Part shown: one piece after another, positions 34,592 to 36,374 of the stretch
Layout of the letters: every line of letters starts with the position of its first letter
How positions within the stretch are numbered: position 1 is the stretch's first letter
Origin: a virus
Taxonomy: Duplodnaviria > Caudoviricetes
Direction: 5' to 3' (one strand)
DNA length: 36,374 nt
Virus record (IMG/VR): IMGVR_UViG_3300032330_000037
Location: 1 to 36,374 of that record
Translations under genes and position numbers: made by a program
Notes under the pieces: generated by a model
What the model saw: the letters and a program-made list of their open reading frames with translations, nothing else
Told to the model about the DNA's origin: nothing
Databases searched by the model: none

Positions 34592-35307
34592 CAGTAGTTT
34601 CCTGCGTAGATGTTGAACCGCTGGCGGGTCGCCACAATCGCGTAAGGCATTGACATCACATCGTCAGGGTTGTTGATGCGTTTCAAATCGCGCTTGCTAG
34701 TCATGGCAATGCGTGTCACTTGCGGGCTGGGTTCAACGCCAAACTCAGGGGCGAATTCCATCGCCAAGTTGTAGGTAAACGCCCGCAGGTAGCCCGGCGG
34801 GTAATACATAACCGTGGACAGGTTAGCTGGCCGATCAAGTTCCTGCACGCTCACAAAATGCCACTCCAAATCCCGCGTGGGTTTGGGGTAAATTGTCAGC
34901 GTAATGTCAGGAAACCCCATGTTTACCCAGCAAACCTGTGGGTAGGTAGACGTTACGGTTTTGACCGCAATGCCGTCATACTGCTGCTGGTTGATGAACT
35001 TGATGCCAAAGCTAACGTTTGTGCCTGGGTCGCGGTAATAGGTCGCGTCATCCATCAGAATGGGCCGCAAACCGACAAAATCGCCGGACGGGCCTAGCGT
35101 GCGGGTGATTTCACCAGCAGGCCATGTAAAAATTTGGTCTTGGGTAACAAAAGTGGAAAGCCGTTCGGTATTCCACGAATCAATCATCTGATTCAGCGCC
35201 ATCAGCGCGTCTTGAGACACCGATGCGGATGGGGTCTCGCCTTCGGCCAATACACCGAGCAACCGCAATGAACGATTGATTTGGTCGCCCGCAGTGTAGG
35301 TTGCCAT
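34591..35307 (-). CDS. Head-tail adaptor, P22 gp4-like
   Basis: TAGDQINRSLRLLGVLAEGETP....DAL.ALNQMIDSW; YNLA.E.APEFG. Confidence 0.82.
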   Translation of the reverse strand: MATYTAGDQINRSLRLLGVLAEGETPSASVSQDALMALNQMIDSWNTERLSTFVTQDQIFTWPAGEITRTLGPSGDFVGLRPILMDDATYYRDPGTNVSFGIKFINQQQYDGIAVKTVTSTYPQVCWVNMGFPDITLTIYPKPTRDLEWHFVSVQELDRPANLSTVMYYPPGYLRAFTYNLAMEFAPEFGVEPSPQVTRIAMTSKRDLKRINNPDDVMSMPYAIVATRQRFNIYAGNY

Positions 35308-35309
35308 AG

Positions 35310-35498
35310 CTAGATTCCTTCTAGTTCAACTTTTCTACGCCGCTTTACTTCCAGGACGTTCACGGGAGCCGCCAATTCAAAATCATTTGGCGTATCCAAA
35401 GTATATCGCACCCAACCGTTTTTCTCGTCGGCTTCTGCTTCAAGGTGCATAGTTGCGACTTTAGCGCCGTGGATGGGATGTTTGAGATAAATGACCAT
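35310..35498 (-). CDS. Hypothetical protein (62 aa)
   Basis: IYLKHPIHGAKVA...EA.ADEKNGW; fills the gap in the operon. Confidence 0.7.
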   Translation of the reverse strand: MVIYLKHPIHGAKVATMHLEAEADEKNGWVRYTLDTPNDFELAAPVNVLEVKRRRKVELEGI

Positions 35499-35502
35499 AG
35501 GT

Positions 35503-35536
35503 GAGAAAGGGGGCTTGTGGCCCCCTCCTTTTTTTT
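35503..35536. terminator. GC hairpin, possibly a bidirectional terminator
   Basis: AGGGGGC-ttgtg-GCCCCCT (35508-35526), with TTTCTC following on minus and a T-run on plus. Confidence 0.65.
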
Positions 35537-35951
35537 AAGATGCGCCGTGGATAATGGCGAAATTAATGATGACAGCTTCAGAATATGAAGTTGCCGCAGT
35601 CAAATTCCGCAACGTAATCAAAGCAGAGCCAGCAGCCAAATACGAAACGTAAGTGGTGTAAGCCCCAGCCGCGCTACCAGTTGTATTGCTAGAAACGCAC
35701 ACAATGATTGTGTCATTAGCAGAAATTGAACTGTTGGTCAAAACAAACGACACAGCCGCGCCAGCGGCCAATGCTGCATTGTTCATGGTGATGCGACCTG
35801 CGCTAGTGTTCAGCGTCACGCCTGTCGATTTGCTGGTTAGCTGAGTCACCGCACCTTGGGCTGCTGCGCTGTAGCCAATTTCTTGGCTTGCGTAGCAGGT
35901 AGTAAATTCGGGGTCGCTGTACGCAACGCCTACCGCTTGGGTGTTTGACAT
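35535..35951 (-). CDS. Head-associated fibre/decoration-type protein (138 aa)
   Basis: QGAVTQLTSKSTGVTLN...SEAVIINFAIIHG domain shared with two tail-module proteins. Confidence 0.7.
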   Translation of the reverse strand: MSNTQAVGVAYSDPEFTTCYASQEIGYSAAAQGAVTQLTSKSTGVTLNTSAGRITMNNAALAAGAAVSFVLTNSSISANDTIIVCVSSNTTGSAAGAYTTYVSYLAAGSALITLRNLTAATSYSEAVIINFAIIHGAS

Positions 35952-35964
35952 GATGTTTCCTTAG

Positions 35965-35986
35965 AAAACAGGGGCCGAAGCCCCTG
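35965..35986 (-). terminator. Rho-independent terminator with UUCG tetraloop
   Basis: Minus strand CAGGGGC-TTCG-GCCCCTG-TTTT after the coat and origin-spanning genes. Confidence 0.8.
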
Positions 35987-35992
35987 ACAGGT

Positions 35993-36374
35993 TTACTTCA
36001 AAAACGCCGAGTAAGCCGCGTCACCCGTCTTCACGAAACGGTAGGTATACGCACCGAAACGTGGGACGGTGACCGAGCCAAAGATCGTGATACCAGTGCC
36101 TGCGGTAACAGGAACGGTAGACGATGCGCCGGTGTTGTTGTTGTTGCAAATAGTCAGGTCAAAAGCTGAACCGACTTTTGCGCTAGGAATAGCTGCATCA
36201 AGCAACGCTGCTGTGGGCAGAGTCACTGTCAATGTAGCGTCCGAGGCTTTCGCACAAACAACCAAACCAACAGCCACTTGTGCAGCAGTCAAAGTGGTGT
36301 CCGCAGTCAAAGATGCGGGAATAGTTTGGACAACAAGTTGTGCCTCAGTCAGATTGCCGTCACCAATTTGGTAA
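35993..36374 (-). CDS. 3' part of origin-spanning capsid-associated gene
   Basis: Open frame continuous with ATG 149 across the terminal overlap; LTVTLPTAALLDAAI motif. Confidence 0.8.
   Translation of the reverse strand, partial: YQIGDGNLTEAQLVVQTIPASLTADTTLTAAQVAVGLVVCAKASDATLTVTLPTAALLDAAIPSAKVGSAFDLTICNNNNTGASSTVPVTAGTGITIFGSVTVPRFGAYTYRFVKTGDAAYSAFLK
36252..36374. repeat. Terminal direct repeat, right copy
   Basis: Identical to 1-123. Confidence 0.97.

Overview
The window is a complete, circularly permuted genome of a P22-like (podovirus-type) tailed phage. The first 123 bp equal the last 123 bp, giving about 36,251 unique bp, and one gene spans the join. Almost all genes are on the minus strand. 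Reading along that strand from ~16150 downward: HTH regulator, RuvC-like resolvase, DUF2800/Cas4-like nuclease, probable SSB, C5 DNA methyltransferase, primase-helicase, an iteron-like origin, TerS, a non-coding DnaA-box/G-tract region, a probable ADP-ribosyltransferase-fold protein, TerL, portal, HNH-AP2 homing endonuclease, Dps-like protein, scaffold and coat. After the join come accessory head proteins, gp4/gp10-like tail proteins, a long fibre plus several short fibre/lectin proteins, three ejection proteins, a lysis cassette (holin, GH108 endolysin), a metallophosphoesterase and a hyperacidic 89-aa protein. A short plus-strand cluster of translationally coupled small genes lies at 16282-17787. 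I could not recognise an integrase, DNA polymerase, tRNA or CRISPR array. The most notable observations are: (i) a nested out-of-frame gene with its own Shine-Dalgarno inside the methyltransferase, resembling the M.EcoHK31I alpha/beta arrangement; (ii) a 43% Asp/Glu protein with no basic residues (DNA-mimic candidate); (iii) a DnaA-box cluster beside TerS, separate from the phage's own iteron origin; (iv) an ART-fold protein between TerS and TerL; and (v) an HNH gene fused into the 3' end of portal. All family calls come from motif recognition by eye, not database searches.
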